From the IMG/VR virus record IMGVR_UViG_3300035181_001203, positions 48,654 through 112,653 of that record: DNA of 64,000 bases, one strand, 5' to 3'. Position numbers and translations under genes: made by a program. How positions within the stretch are numbered: the first letter of the stretch is position 1; every line of letters starts with the position of its first letter. The notes beneath the pieces were generated by a model. The model was not told where the DNA came from and ran no database searches. It saw only the letters and a list, made by a program, of their open reading frames with translations. This DNA is from a virus. Shown piece by piece: positions 20,725 to 29,308 of the stretch.

Positions 20725-21072
20725 GTGAACCAAAAAAATGAACAGGCACAAGGGTCTGAGTTAAGTAATGGATTGAGCGCATTTGGAAATGCTGGGGCGA
20801 CTTGCGAGAAACCAAAATTTTATTCCGGAGTCGGTAAAGTGAAGTTTCGATCTGAGCCTAAAAACATAGTAGTATCCTTGCCAATGAGTATTTGGCATCA
20901 GGTTGAGATCTTCGAGGATGGGACTGAGCGCCATTCAATCGAGCATCCTTTGCACGGCATTTTTATTGGTAAGACGTTATCAGAAGCACTACACAATGCA
21001 ACCACTTCAACCGTAGCGTCTAACAATATAGACAAGAACAATGAAGATTGGGTCCGAATGATAAATTCTTAA
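20725..21072 (+). CDS. Hypothetical protein
   Basis: AGGAGG RBS, GTG start. Confidence 0.5.
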   Translation: MNQKNEQAQGSELSNGLSAFGNAGATCEKPKFYSGVGKVKFRSEPKNIVVSLPMSIWHQVEIFEDGTERHSIEHPLHGIFIGKTLSEALHNATTSTVASNNIDKNNEDWVRMINS

Positions 21073-21138
21073 TATTTAATCCCAATTGTCGCTGCGGTTA
21101 TTCTTCATGGATGAATTTTATTAGGAATGTGATTTCAG

Positions 21139-21585
21139 ATGCTCAACCAAGAAAAAATAATCTTAACTAAAGATTGGCTAAAAGCTAAATTAAAGAAGTC
21201 AAAAAAGCAACGTATTAAAGATGAGAAAAGAAGAAAGATTAGCCATAATAAATGGGCTAAGAAACTTATTCGACGTTATCAATCTGAAAATAAAGGTCAA
21301 AATCCGCTGCCTTTAATTCCAGATAATACTCCTTATTGCTATCATTATATTTCATTCAATTATGATAAAGATACAGACAAACCAATTATCAAAACAGTTT
21401 TATGTCCTTTTTGGTATGCAATTGAAATTCCAGATGATGAATTGGATGACTGTATTGGCATTGTAGCAGAAAATCAAACTCATATCGGTGGCTGTAAGCT
21501 TTTAAAGGAAACCGATAATGATATGGGTGGATGGGGATTACTTTGGGATCAGTGTAAAGAATGTGGTCTTAAAGATGAGCGATGA
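21139..21585 (+). CDS. Cys-rich hypothetical protein
   Basis: YCY, CPFW, GCKLL, LLWDQCKECG. Confidence 0.55.
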   Translation: MLNQEKIILTKDWLKAKLKKSKKQRIKDEKRRKISHNKWAKKLIRRYQSENKGQNPLPLIPDNTPYCYHYISFNYDKDTDKPIIKTVLCPFWYAIEIPDDELDDCIGIVAENQTHIGGCKLLKETDNDMGGWGLLWDQCKECGLKDER

Positions 21586-21724
21586 AACTAACAATTAAGC
21601 ATTTAGCGGATAGAGATATTTTTATGATTCAAATTAAAGATAATAGGTTTTATGGTCCTAATATGCTTAGACCTACAAATCTTTAGTAAAGAAAAATTAA
21701 ATCAATTTAAGGAGACTATTAGTA

Positions 21725-22096
21725 ATGTTCAAACAGATTTTTAGTCCTACAGTCACAAAAATAGATTCAGAACCAAAAAATCTTTTAATTATCTATGATG
21801 AAGATAATAAGGAAAAAGATCGTGTGCCATTACCTGCAAAATTTAATAATTTTTTAAGTGGTCACATAACAACAGAACTTTGTGAATTTATTAATTTTTG
21901 CAATAATATTATACATGAAAAACTAATTCTTATATATATTGATAAAGATGAAAATCCTAATATTATAGCTATTTTAAAAACGTTAGAATGTGTTGATACC
22001 GGAAGAAATCTTCCAATTAATACAACAAGCAAGCTTCCAGCAGGTTGTAGTTTGGTTCTTTTGTATAAAAATGATGTTGAAGTACATGTCTATTGA
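21725..22096 (+). CDS. Hypothetical protein
   Basis: AAGGAG RBS. Confidence 0.5.
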   Translation: MFKQIFSPTVTKIDSEPKNLLIIYDEDNKEKDRVPLPAKFNNFLSGHITTELCEFINFCNNIIHEKLILIYIDKDENPNIIAILKTLECVDTGRNLPINTTSKLPAGCSLVLLYKNDVEVHVY

Positions 22097-22346
22097 AAAA
22101 GAACATATAAATAATATCATTAAAGAAATAACTAAAGTTATCTTACCATGCCCTAATAATATTAAGAAAATTGAAGATAAAGTTAATGAAATTCTTTTAG
22201 AAAGAATGTCTTATCATAAAAAATTTAATATTCAAGTTTCATTAGAATATCATGAAGATTGTCAGATATTGGTGACTGGTGTAAAGTTATATAAAGATGG
22301 TGTAGAAGTAGAAATTCCACAGGAGCTAAAATATGGGAAGGCATGA
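22086..22346 (+). CDS. Hypothetical protein
   Basis: Operonic; likely start ATG 22086. Confidence 0.4.
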   Translation: MSIEKEHINNIIKEITKVILPCPNNIKKIEDKVNEILLERMSYHKKFNIQVSLEYHEDCQILVTGVKLYKDGVEVEIPQELKYGKA

Positions 22347-22731
22347 AGAACTTCTTAAGTCTTTTGAAATTCTAAAAACATTCAAACCTGAACATACTTC
22401 AGTTACTATTAATGGAGTTACTGCAAATAGTAGCGAAGTTGAAGTAGAAATTCTTAATGAAGATCCAGATTTTAATGGACCTGACGAATATGCTTCTGTT
22501 GTTGAAACATTTGATTTTGATGCAGATATTAGTGTTGAGGATGTCGGTATTGGAGCTTATGAATTTTGGGGATTTAAAGGCGTTGATTCCCATCTGCAAT
22601 ATGAAGTAAATAGTTTAAAACTTACTGATGAATGGCCTGAAGAATTAAAATGGTTAGCTGAAATTATTGAAGAACAAATCTATGATAGTATTACTGAATT
22701 ACGTGTTCATGATACTAGAGATTTTTACTAG
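22333..22731 (+). CDS. Acidic hypothetical phage protein
   Basis: AGGAG RBS; DVGIGAYEFWG motif. Confidence 0.55.
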   Translation: MGRHEELLKSFEILKTFKPEHTSVTINGVTANSSEVEVEILNEDPDFNGPDEYASVVETFDFDADISVEDVGIGAYEFWGFKGVDSHLQYEVNSLKLTDEWPEELKWLAEIIEEQIYDSITELRVHDTRDFY

Positions 22732-22766
22732 TTCTTATGTTATACTAGCTTAGTAGAGGAAGTTTT

Positions 22767-23309
22767 ATGGAAACTCTAAGCTTTGAAGAGTTAAAACCAG
22801 GGGATGTTCTTTTATTTGAGGATTCTCCATACTTTAGCTATTCATTATATAAGTTTTTACTAAGATCTAAATATCAAAGTTGTGCTTTAGTTGATACATT
22901 TAAATATGGTTATTACTGGATAATTGGAATGGGTGGTTTAAATTCTTGTGTTGATAATTCTTATACCTTAAAAGATATTGAGCAAAAATATAAGAAAATT
23001 CATGTAGCTAGAAATAAAAATATTAATTATAAAAGCCAAAAAACTTCTGTATTGCTTGATAAAAAATTTTCTTTAAGTATTTATTTTAATTTATTAATTA
23101 ATAAATTATTAATTAAATATGTTAATAAAAATCATAAATTCAAAAAATATTTTAATTCAAGTGATGATTGGACGGCTCCCTCGTTAGTTGCATATATCTT
23201 ATCTTTTCATTCAAATGCTAGGATAACAGAATATTATGAATTTATTGATCCAGATTATTTTTTAAATAATAAAGATTGGGAAATCTATCAATATAAGGGG
23301 CAATCTTGA
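22767..23309 (+). CDS. Permuted papain-like (YiiX/YebB-like) protein, catalytic residues apparently absent
   Basis: LKPGDVLLF...YQSCALV...WTAPSLVAYI...IDPDYF. Confidence 0.4.
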   Translation: METLSFEELKPGDVLLFEDSPYFSYSLYKFLLRSKYQSCALVDTFKYGYYWIIGMGGLNSCVDNSYTLKDIEQKYKKIHVARNKNINYKSQKTSVLLDKKFSLSIYFNLLINKLLIKYVNKNHKFKKYFNSSDDWTAPSLVAYILSFHSNARITEYYEFIDPDYFLNNKDWEIYQYKGQS

Positions 23310-23884
23310 TTAACGGAATTGGTTTTATAGGTAAGATGCGTAGCGGTAAAGATGAAGCTGCTACGTATATTAAAAATGTTTATGGTGGAAGGATTTTAAA
23401 ATTTGCCGATCCTTTGTACGAAATAGAAGCAGCAATCTTTAACATTGTCGGAGTTCCTATTCCAGAAGATAAGGCTAAACGAAGGAGACTTCTCCAGTTT
23501 ATCGGTACCGAATGGGGCAGACAAACTATTGATGATAATATTTGGGCAAATATTATGGATAATAAACTATCAAATCTTGATTTATTATCATATCCAGTTT
23601 TAAACCTTGTTACTGACGTTAGATTTCCTAATGAAATAGAAGTATTACGAAAGCATAATTTTAAAATCATTCGTATTCACAGACCTGAATCATTTAGAAT
23701 TATGGCTGGTGCTACTAATATAGATCATCCATCTGAAACTAGTTTAGATAATTATAATGATTGTGATGCTGAAATTTTTAATAATGTAAATTCACTTGAA
23801 TCATACCACAAAACGGTGAATGAAGTATTTACATCTATTCAAAATGAGACTCTAGTAAAAGGAATGCGTTATGTTACAAGTTAA
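23306..23884 (+). CDS. Deoxynucleoside monophosphate kinase
   Basis: GKMRSGKD P-loop, FADPL, RRLLQFIGTEWGR, TDVRFPNE, HPSE. Confidence 0.9.
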   Translation: MINGIGFIGKMRSGKDEAATYIKNVYGGRILKFADPLYEIEAAIFNIVGVPIPEDKAKRRRLLQFIGTEWGRQTIDDNIWANIMDNKLSNLDLLSYPVLNLVTDVRFPNEIEVLRKHNFKIIRIHRPESFRIMAGATNIDHPSETSLDNYNDCDAEIFNNVNSLESYHKTVNEVFTSIQNETLVKGMRYVTS

Positions 23885-23970
23885 CACGCTCTGCAAAACA
23901 ATTAATCTAGCAGGCAAAAAGATCGTAATATGAGTATATTTTATAGGTTTTATTTTCTGTAAAAAATATA

Positions 23971-24414
23971 ATGCCATGCTATATTAACAACAAAATAATT
24001 TTTGTAGAACTGCGGAGTTTAATTGTGACAAACCAAATTAATTTAGATCTATACAATGAAATAAGAGAAAAATTAGCTATTGCTGTAGAAACTCAACTTT
24101 TATTATTTCTTGATGATGATCAATTAGATTTTTCAGTCAGGTCTGTATATAATGACGTAGAAAGATTAAGGGATAAATCCCCTGGATGTGATCTTAATTT
24201 TTATACTTCGATTGAAAATGGAACTTTATTCATAGCAGTTTATAGTACAATATTTGATATATCATGTTTAATAGAAGAAGAAAGGATTATAAAAAGTACA
24301 TTAGCTATTTATAATTTTATGGTAAATCAACTAGCAAGAAAGTCTAATTTAAACACTCCTATAAAAACAAAAACCTATATGCAAGATAATAAGATTATTA
24401 CAGAATTCCTGTAA
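23971..24414 (+). CDS. Hypothetical protein
   Basis: 147 aa ORF followed by a terminator. Confidence 0.45.
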   Translation: MPCYINNKIIFVELRSLIVTNQINLDLYNEIREKLAIAVETQLLLFLDDDQLDFSVRSVYNDVERLRDKSPGCDLNFYTSIENGTLFIAVYSTIFDISCLIEEERIIKSTLAIYNFMVNQLARKSNLNTPIKTKTYMQDNKIITEFL

Positions 24415-24436
24415 ATAATCATTCACCTGAAATTTT

Positions 24437-24461
24437 AAGCCCTCTAAATGAGGGCTTTTTT
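24437..24461 (+). terminator. Rho-independent terminator
   Basis: AAGCCCTC/GAGGGCTT + T run. Confidence 0.75.
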
Positions 24462-24472
24462 ATTGGTGTAAA

Positions 24473-24970
24473 ATGGCTGAGAAGTATGAAGTTGTAAACA
24501 ATAATACAAAAGAAGTTGTTCGTTATGATGATAGAGGTTTAATTATTTTTATTAAAACTGTATTTCCTGAAGGTAATACAAAATTTTGGAATTATCTTTA
24601 TACTAAACGTTTGAAAAATTCACGCATTCCATATGTTAATGGAATTTTTACAATTACTTGTTTAAACAATAAAATTAAAAAGCATAAAAATTTAAATTTT
24701 GCTTCTAAATTTAATCTTGAACCTAATGAGAATCCAAACGCTTGCAGTAAAAAACGTTATAATCAATGGACAATATTTAATAAAAATACGGGTATGTATG
24801 AAACTTTCCATAATCTTGCAGCATTAGCAAGGTCTTTAAATTTAAAGTACGCTTGGTTATATTCTAATATTAGATATAAGACTTCTTTTGAACTTAAGGA
24901 TTATATTTTTACTTTTAATACTACTTTAGAGAGTGAATATTATAAGGAAAAGTTGCAAAAGCTTGTATGA
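24473..24970 (+). CDS. Protein with NUMOD1-like HTH segment
   Basis: ETFHNLAALARSLNLKYAWL. Confidence 0.4.
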   Translation: MAEKYEVVNNNTKEVVRYDDRGLIIFIKTVFPEGNTKFWNYLYTKRLKNSRIPYVNGIFTITCLNNKIKKHKNLNFASKFNLEPNENPNACSKKRYNQWTIFNKNTGMYETFHNLAALARSLNLKYAWLYSNIRYKTSFELKDYIFTFNTTLESEYYKEKLQKLV

Positions 24971-24982
24971 ATTCGTTATAAT
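24953..24982 (+). promoter_or_regulatory. Promoter TTGCAA-N18-TATAAT
   Basis: Member of the repeated promoter family. Confidence 0.8.
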
Positions 24983-25054
24983 ATATATGGTGGAGAGAAT
25001 AGTCTTTCTACACAACGACCCTCAAAAGAGGGCTTTCATGAAAGGAGTATTCCA

Positions 25055-25378
25055 ATGCTCATGAAGTTCAACAAGGCCGAAATCTGCTCCTTGCTTGGAA
25101 CAGAGGTGGTAAGCCTCAAAGAATTCAGAGGGATCGAATGGGCACAGGACGGTATGGTCCTACGGACCAGTCGTAACGTTTTCATGAACAGGCTCATTGT
25201 CAAAATTACTTGGCCGTGTGAATCGGCCAAGCATGCCACCAATCGGGAGCGTTTGATGATGGCAGTAACATATCTCTTCGCCCAGTGTGACGAAAGGTAT
25301 GTTAAGGCTGTCATGGCAAAGAAAGCAAAGACTTCTGCTTCTGCCGCCGCGCCCACGCCTGAACCTGCCAACGCCTAG
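25055..25378 (+). CDS. Hypothetical protein in a self-contained promoter-terminator cassette
   Basis: AAGGAG RBS, GC-rich, own promoter and terminator. Confidence 0.65.
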   Translation: MLMKFNKAEICSLLGTEVVSLKEFRGIEWAQDGMVLRTSRNVFMNRLIVKITWPCESAKHATNRERLMMAVTYLFAQCDERYVKAVMAKKAKTSASAAAPTPEPANA

Positions 25379-25397
25379 CACTAACCGTTCAACATAG

Positions 25398-25430
25398 AAA
25401 AAGCCCGGATACTACATCGGGCTTTTTCTT
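25398..25430 (+). terminator. Rho-independent terminator
   Basis: AAAAAGCCCG/CGGGCTTTTT. Confidence 0.75.
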
Positions 25431-25518
25431 TTGCTATTATATTTAACCATAACCGCCTCTCTTTTTTAACTATGCAAAAATCATTAAAGCGAAATCTAAA
25501 AATCTAGCTTTTTCAGAC

Positions 25519-25550
25519 AAAAAAATGCCCCATCGTAGGGGCATTTTTTT
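25519..25550 (-). terminator. Bidirectional terminator ending the minus-strand operon
   Basis: AAAAAAATGCCCC/GGGGCATTTTTTT. Confidence 0.8.
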
Positions 25551-25568
25551 AACTTTTTCTTCTTTTAA

Positions 25569-25910
25569 CTATTCTACTTTCTTTTTAAATCCACCATATG
25601 AAATTGCGGGTTCTACTGTTGAAAGAATACCGCCATAAATAGCACCTTGCCCTAAACCATGTTTAGCGGCTTTACCAATAGCTGCCCTTGTTCCATTAGT
25701 ATTATTTTTAAATGATGATAGACCACGCTTAAATGCGCCACTTTCACCACCGCCAATTTCCCGTAATTTATTAAACGAAGCTAGGCCAGCATCAGCCGCA
25801 GCTAAACCGCCAGTCAAAGCTACACCACTAGCAATAATTGGATGACGTTTAGCCCAACCAACAATACCAGTTTTCTGTTGTTGTTCTACTGCTAATTTAA
25901 TTAAACTCAT
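25569..25910 (-). CDS. MSLIKLA-tagged basic Gly/Ala-rich protein (putative virion cargo)
   Basis: MSLIKLAVE; hydrophobic Gly/Ala segments. Confidence 0.7.
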   Translation of the reverse strand: MSLIKLAVEQQQKTGIVGWAKRHPIIASGVALTGGLAAADAGLASFNKLREIGGGESGAFKRGLSSFKNNTNGTRAAIGKAAKHGLGQGAIYGGILSTVEPAISYGGFKKKVE

Positions 25911-26101
25911 TTTTTACGTTCCTTATGGTATAGATGAGTACCAATACCAAGGCCGGTTAATCCACCTATACCTAATAACATTTTACCTTTATGCCTATTA
26001 AGAAAACTTTTTGCTTTCATAGGCACAAATGTTGGAACAGCATTTTTAAGCCTCTCTGCGGCCTGTTCCATATCTTTACTTGCTAATTTAATGAGACTCA
26101 T
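25907..26101 (-). CDS. MSLIKLA-tagged small protein with Gly-zipper helix (64 aa; start re-called)
   Basis: MSLIKLASKD...LLGIGGLTGLGIGTHLYHKERKK. Confidence 0.7.
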   Translation of the reverse strand: MSLIKLASKDMEQAAERLKNAVPTFVPMKAKSFLNRHKGKMLLGIGGLTGLGIGTHLYHKERKK

Positions 26102-26381
26102 TTTTATGATCCTTATATTTTTTAGCTGCATAAGCAGCAATGCCAGTAATAATACTACCCACTCCAATTCTTTTAACCATTTTTCTTGCTTTTTCTTTTT
26201 TTATTTTTTGAATCATACTCTTATATCTACCTTGTGCTTTTTTAGCATGTTTATTAGAATTTAATAAAGCAATAAAATCATCAGGATCTTTACCTCTCAT
26301 ATAATGCATTTGTGATCTTGCAAGCACAGCATCATCACTAAGAGGTTTTTTATTATAAGCTGCAATTTTTATTAAGCCCAT
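26088..26381 (-). CDS. MGLIKIA-tagged basic protein with C-terminal hydrophobic helix
   Basis: MGLIKIAAY...IGVGSIITGIAAYAAKKYK. Confidence 0.7.
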   Translation of the reverse strand: MGLIKIAAYNKKPLSDDAVLARSQMHYMRGKDPDDFIALLNSNKHAKKAQGRYKSMIQKIKKEKARKMVKRIGVGSIITGIAAYAAKKYKDHKNESH

Positions 26382-27232
26382 TTTAATCTCTGCATTATCA
26401 TAGCTAATTTTTCAAACCAAGGACTATTTGAAATACTTTCCCAATCTGTAGAAAGTTTTTTAAATTTCTCAGTATTACCACCAGGCATATCTGGATGATA
26501 TTTTTTAGCTGCATCTTTATAAATTTTCTTTGCCTGAGCTTTTGTAGTAATCTTAGTATGATCTATACCGCCATATTCTTTAAAGAAAGATGCATGATCA
26601 GCAGTTGGTCTAGTTGGGGGAGGCGGGGGAGGACGATAGCCACTACCTCTTGAACTGCTATTTTCAAATCTTTTAAAGAAATCATCATAGAAATCATTGT
26701 GCTTGCTTGACCAACCATTTCCAAAACTGCTACGCTGATTAGATCTCTCACGCCGAAAGTTATTAGATTTTCTTATAAGATTTTTCAATCGCTTCTTATT
26801 TTCGTCAAATTTTCCAGCCTTAATTCCACCAACCGTTCCACCAATCGTTCCACCAACAGCAGCACCAATTAAAGATCTTTTTAACACACTTGCTCCTGGT
26901 TTTTTAACCGCTCTACCATTTTTCCATTCAATATTTCCATAAATATCTGTTTTGTATGCAGTTTTAGCACCAACACTAGCACCACTAAGAGCGCCAATAC
27001 TTGCCATAGTTCCTACAAATCCTTTATTTCTTTGAACTGGCCTAATCATTTGTTTAAAATTCATCGCAGCTAATTTAACAATGTTCTTAGCCTTTTTAAT
27101 TCCAGTAGCAATAGCTAGTCCTTCTGGTGATCCAGATTTACGCATAGCTTCAGCTATATGTATAGCCTTTTCTCTAATTTTAGGATCTAAATTTTTCATT
27201 GAATTCGGATAATCATCTTTAGACCAAGGCAT
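26372..27232 (-). CDS. Modular protein: YdaT-like N-terminus, Gly-zipper helices, C-terminal J-domain
   Basis: MPWSKDDYPNSMKNL...KAI.IA; GAAVGGTIGGTVGG; YKDAAKKYHPDMPGGNTEKFKKL. Confidence 0.75.
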   Translation of the reverse strand: MPWSKDDYPNSMKNLDPKIREKAIHIAEAMRKSGSPEGLAIATGIKKAKNIVKLAAMNFKQMIRPVQRNKGFVGTMASIGALSGASVGAKTAYKTDIYGNIEWKNGRAVKKPGASVLKRSLIGAAVGGTIGGTVGGIKAGKFDENKKRLKNLIRKSNNFRRERSNQRSSFGNGWSSKHNDFYDDFFKRFENSSSRGSGYRPPPPPPTRPTADHASFFKEYGGIDHTKITTKAQAKKIYKDAAKKYHPDMPGGNTEKFKKLSTDWESISNSPWFEKLAMIMQRLKWA

Positions 27233-27298
27233 ATTATCCTCTTACAAATTTAGAACATTCAATATTAGATTTTAATATTTTAGCATTGCTCGTTAAAC

Positions 27299-27493
27299 TC
27301 ATTTATGTTTCCATCCTCTAGAGACTTTAGCAAAGTTAAGTTTACGACGAATAGCTGGATCGGTTACAGTTTTTAATTTTTCTTCAATAAGACTAATAGG
27401 AATGGGTTCTCCTTTAGGAATGCCTAAATATTCGTGAAGGCTTCCTTCATGAGATTTTTTAATTTCAATAGAGGCTAATTTGATTAGGTTCAT
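27299..27493 (-). CDS. MNLIKLA-tagged small basic protein
   Basis: MNLIKLAS..GSLHEYLGIPKGEPIP...RRKLNFA; GAGGA RBS. Confidence 0.7.
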   Translation of the reverse strand: MNLIKLASIEIKKSHEGSLHEYLGIPKGEPIPISLIEEKLKTVTDPAIRRKLNFAKVSRGWKHK

Positions 27494-27534
27494 TTATTAT
27501 CCTCGTTTTTCTTAATTCTATAAGCAATTGCAAA

Positions 27535-27660
27535 TTATTGCAGCACCATTTTAATTTTAGTGGCAATAGCCATACCTTCATCACAAGCTTCAACGATTCT
27601 ATTTGCAATTGCGATAGCTTTACGTTGAATTTTAGGATGAAGGTATTTTACAAGGTATTT
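27535..27660 (-). pseudogene. Startless paralogue of the YdaT-like domain
   Basis: KYLHPKIQRKAIAIANRIVEACDEGMAIATKIK vs KNLDPKIREKAIHIAEAMRKSGSPEGLAIATGIK in 26372-27232. Confidence 0.6.
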
Positions 27661-28070
27661 TAATACCTATTATTTCTAATCAATATATCATGTGGAAGTC
27701 TAGCCATTTCTCTATAGTTTTCATCTATGTAAGCTTGTTCACCAACAAAATCATTATAGCTATTTAACTCATTTACAATTTTATGATAATTAGGTTCTTC
27801 CTTTTCAGCCTTTTTATGTGCTCTATTACTATGTATTAAATTAGCAATACCTAAACCAATAATAGCGCCACCAGCACCAGCTAAAGCACTATTAGTTAAT
27901 CCAGATTTGGTTGCAGCACCTAATCCAGCACCAGCAGCTAAACCAATTAAAGCACTTTTACCATAAGGGCCATCTGTAGCATTCATATGACGTTGAATCA
28001 TATTATCATATGATTTCTTAGCTTTAAAATGTTTAGATTGAAAATCTAATGCAATCTTAATAATAGACAT
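27660..28070 (-). CDS. MSIIKIA-tagged glycine-zipper protein
   Basis: ALIGLAAGAGLGAA...AGAGGAIIGLGIA; GGAGG RBS. Confidence 0.7.
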   Translation of the reverse strand: MSIIKIALDFQSKHFKAKKSYDNMIQRHMNATDGPYGKSALIGLAAGAGLGAATKSGLTNSALAGAGGAIIGLGIANLIHSNRAHKKAEKEEPNYHKIVNELNSYNDFVGEQAYIDENYREMARLPHDILIRNNRY

Positions 28071-28193
28071 TATTACCTCCAGTTATTCATATTTTGGAAT
28101 TTATGTTTTTATAATATAAAGAAGCGGTTAACATATTTCTACTATCTTGATTAATGCCAGTTCCATAAATCGTAGTTGTTGATATCCAACTCT

Positions 28194-28289
28194 TTATCTA
28201 AGTAATCCACGACGTTTGTTAGCAATACCAGTTAGTGTATGATATATTAAAACATTTGAGGTTATCTTTACCAGTTTAAATAAACTCAT
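28194..28289 (-). pseudogene. Short or decayed MSLFKLV-tagged ORF (31 aa)
   Basis: ATGA-coupled; MSLFKLVKITSNVLIYHTLTGIANKRRGLLR*. Confidence 0.35.
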
Positions 28290-28531
28290 ATTTTCTTCCA
28301 AGTCTGCGTGAACTCTTCTGGATTGAACAATGACCCCTGGACTCCATTATCCACTTTTTTAACCACCTTTTCAATAGTTTTCACGGCAGGAGTAATTTCA
28401 ACTCCAGATCGTCTAACTTCTCCCCAAGCCTTAGCAGCAGCATGTCCTGGTTTCATTCCACCTTTAACAAGATCATGAAATATTGCAGCTACTTGCGGTG
28501 GAAGTTTAGCCGATAGTTTAATTAAACTCAT
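28286..28531 (-). CDS. MSLIKLS-tagged ChaB-like protein
   Basis: LPPQVAAIF...AAAKAWGEVRR resembles the ChaB pattern. Confidence 0.6.
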   Translation of the reverse strand: MSLIKLSAKLPPQVAAIFHDLVKGGMKPGHAAAKAWGEVRRSGVEITPAVKTIEKVVKKVDNGVQGSLFNPEEFTQTWKKI

Positions 28532-28656
28532 TTTTATTTTCCATTAATTTATCAATATTAATTTTATTTTTATCAATAGTTTTTGAAAGAAATTAAAGTA
28601 TTTTTATTTTGATACCTAGGCATTATTTTTGTTACCGTATAGCCCCATAAATTCAT

Positions 28657-28851
28657 TTAGCTAAAGCTTGGATTTCTCCGATTTTTTTTTGTGTCATCTT
28701 TGAGATGCTTGACAGGAATTTCAATAGCTTGTTTAAATAAACCTTTAGCAATAGGAATATTCCAATTAGGCCCCATACCTTTTTTTACCTTAAAAGCATT
28801 AGGAATATCTGTTCTCGGGCCTGATTCGATAGCTAATTTAAATAAACTCAT
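28657..28851 (-). CDS. MSLFKLA-tagged small basic protein
   Basis: MSLFKLAIE with internal LFKQAIE; TAATG coupling. Confidence 0.65.
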   Translation of the reverse strand: MSLFKLAIESGPRTDIPNAFKVKKGMGPNWNIPIAKGLFKQAIEIPVKHLKDDTKKNRRNPSFS

Positions 28852-29165
28852 TATTTCTTTCCTTCACTTTTCTTATGCTTTAAATGTCTATGAAGTCCAT
28901 AAGCAGCAGCAGCTAAACCAACAGCACCAATTAAGCCACCAACTTTACGACTAGTTAATAGTTTTTTAACTGATTTTTTAGTTTCAACTTTAGGAGCGGC
29001 ACTAGGAGCGGCACTAGGAGCGGCACTAGGAATTGTAACTTTAGGTTTAATACCTGATTCATCTTGAGGATGAATTTCCCAAGGTCTAGTTTTTAAAGCT
29101 TCCGCATTAGCAGCATCCATTTCCGCTTGCGTAACTCGTTTACCGGCAAGTTTGATTAAGCTCAT
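28851..29165 (-). CDS. MSLIKLA-tagged protein with PSAA repeats and C-terminal hydrophobic helix (start re-called)
   Basis: MSLIKLAGK...VGGLIGAVGLAAAAYGL. Confidence 0.7.
   Translation of the reverse strand: MSLIKLAGKRVTQAEMDAANAEALKTRPWEIHPQDESGIKPKVTIPSAAPSAAPSAAPKVETKKSVKKLLTSRKVGGLIGAVGLAAAAYGLHRHLKHKKSEGKK
28991..29030. repeat. 12-bp tandem repeat x3 (encodes PSAA)
   Basis: (TAGGAGCGGCAC)x3. Confidence 0.9.
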
Positions 29166-29308
29166 TTCTTCATCCCCCAATTAAGAATGGTTTTATTAGG
29201 TTTAGTTCTCATTTGTGGCTTTTGTCTTTGAGTAGCTGGCAGTAAACGTGGATCTTGATCGTTTTGAGCTATAGTAGAAACTTCTAGGGCTAATTTAATA
29301 AGGCTCAT
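29162..29308 (-). CDS. MSLIKLA-tagged 48 aa protein missed by the ORF track
   Basis: MSLIKLALEVSTIAQNDQDPRLLPATQRQKPQMRTKPNKTILNWGMKK*; ATGA overlaps at both ends. Confidence 0.7.
   Translation of the reverse strand: MSLIKLALEVSTIAQNDQDPRLLPATQRQKPQMRTKPNKTILNWGMKK

Noticed and set aside
25569-29308. CRISPR-like or DNA repeat array from recurring ATGAGTTTAATTAAA
   Set aside because: Copies vary at synonymous positions and spacing is irregular; it is a protein-level motif
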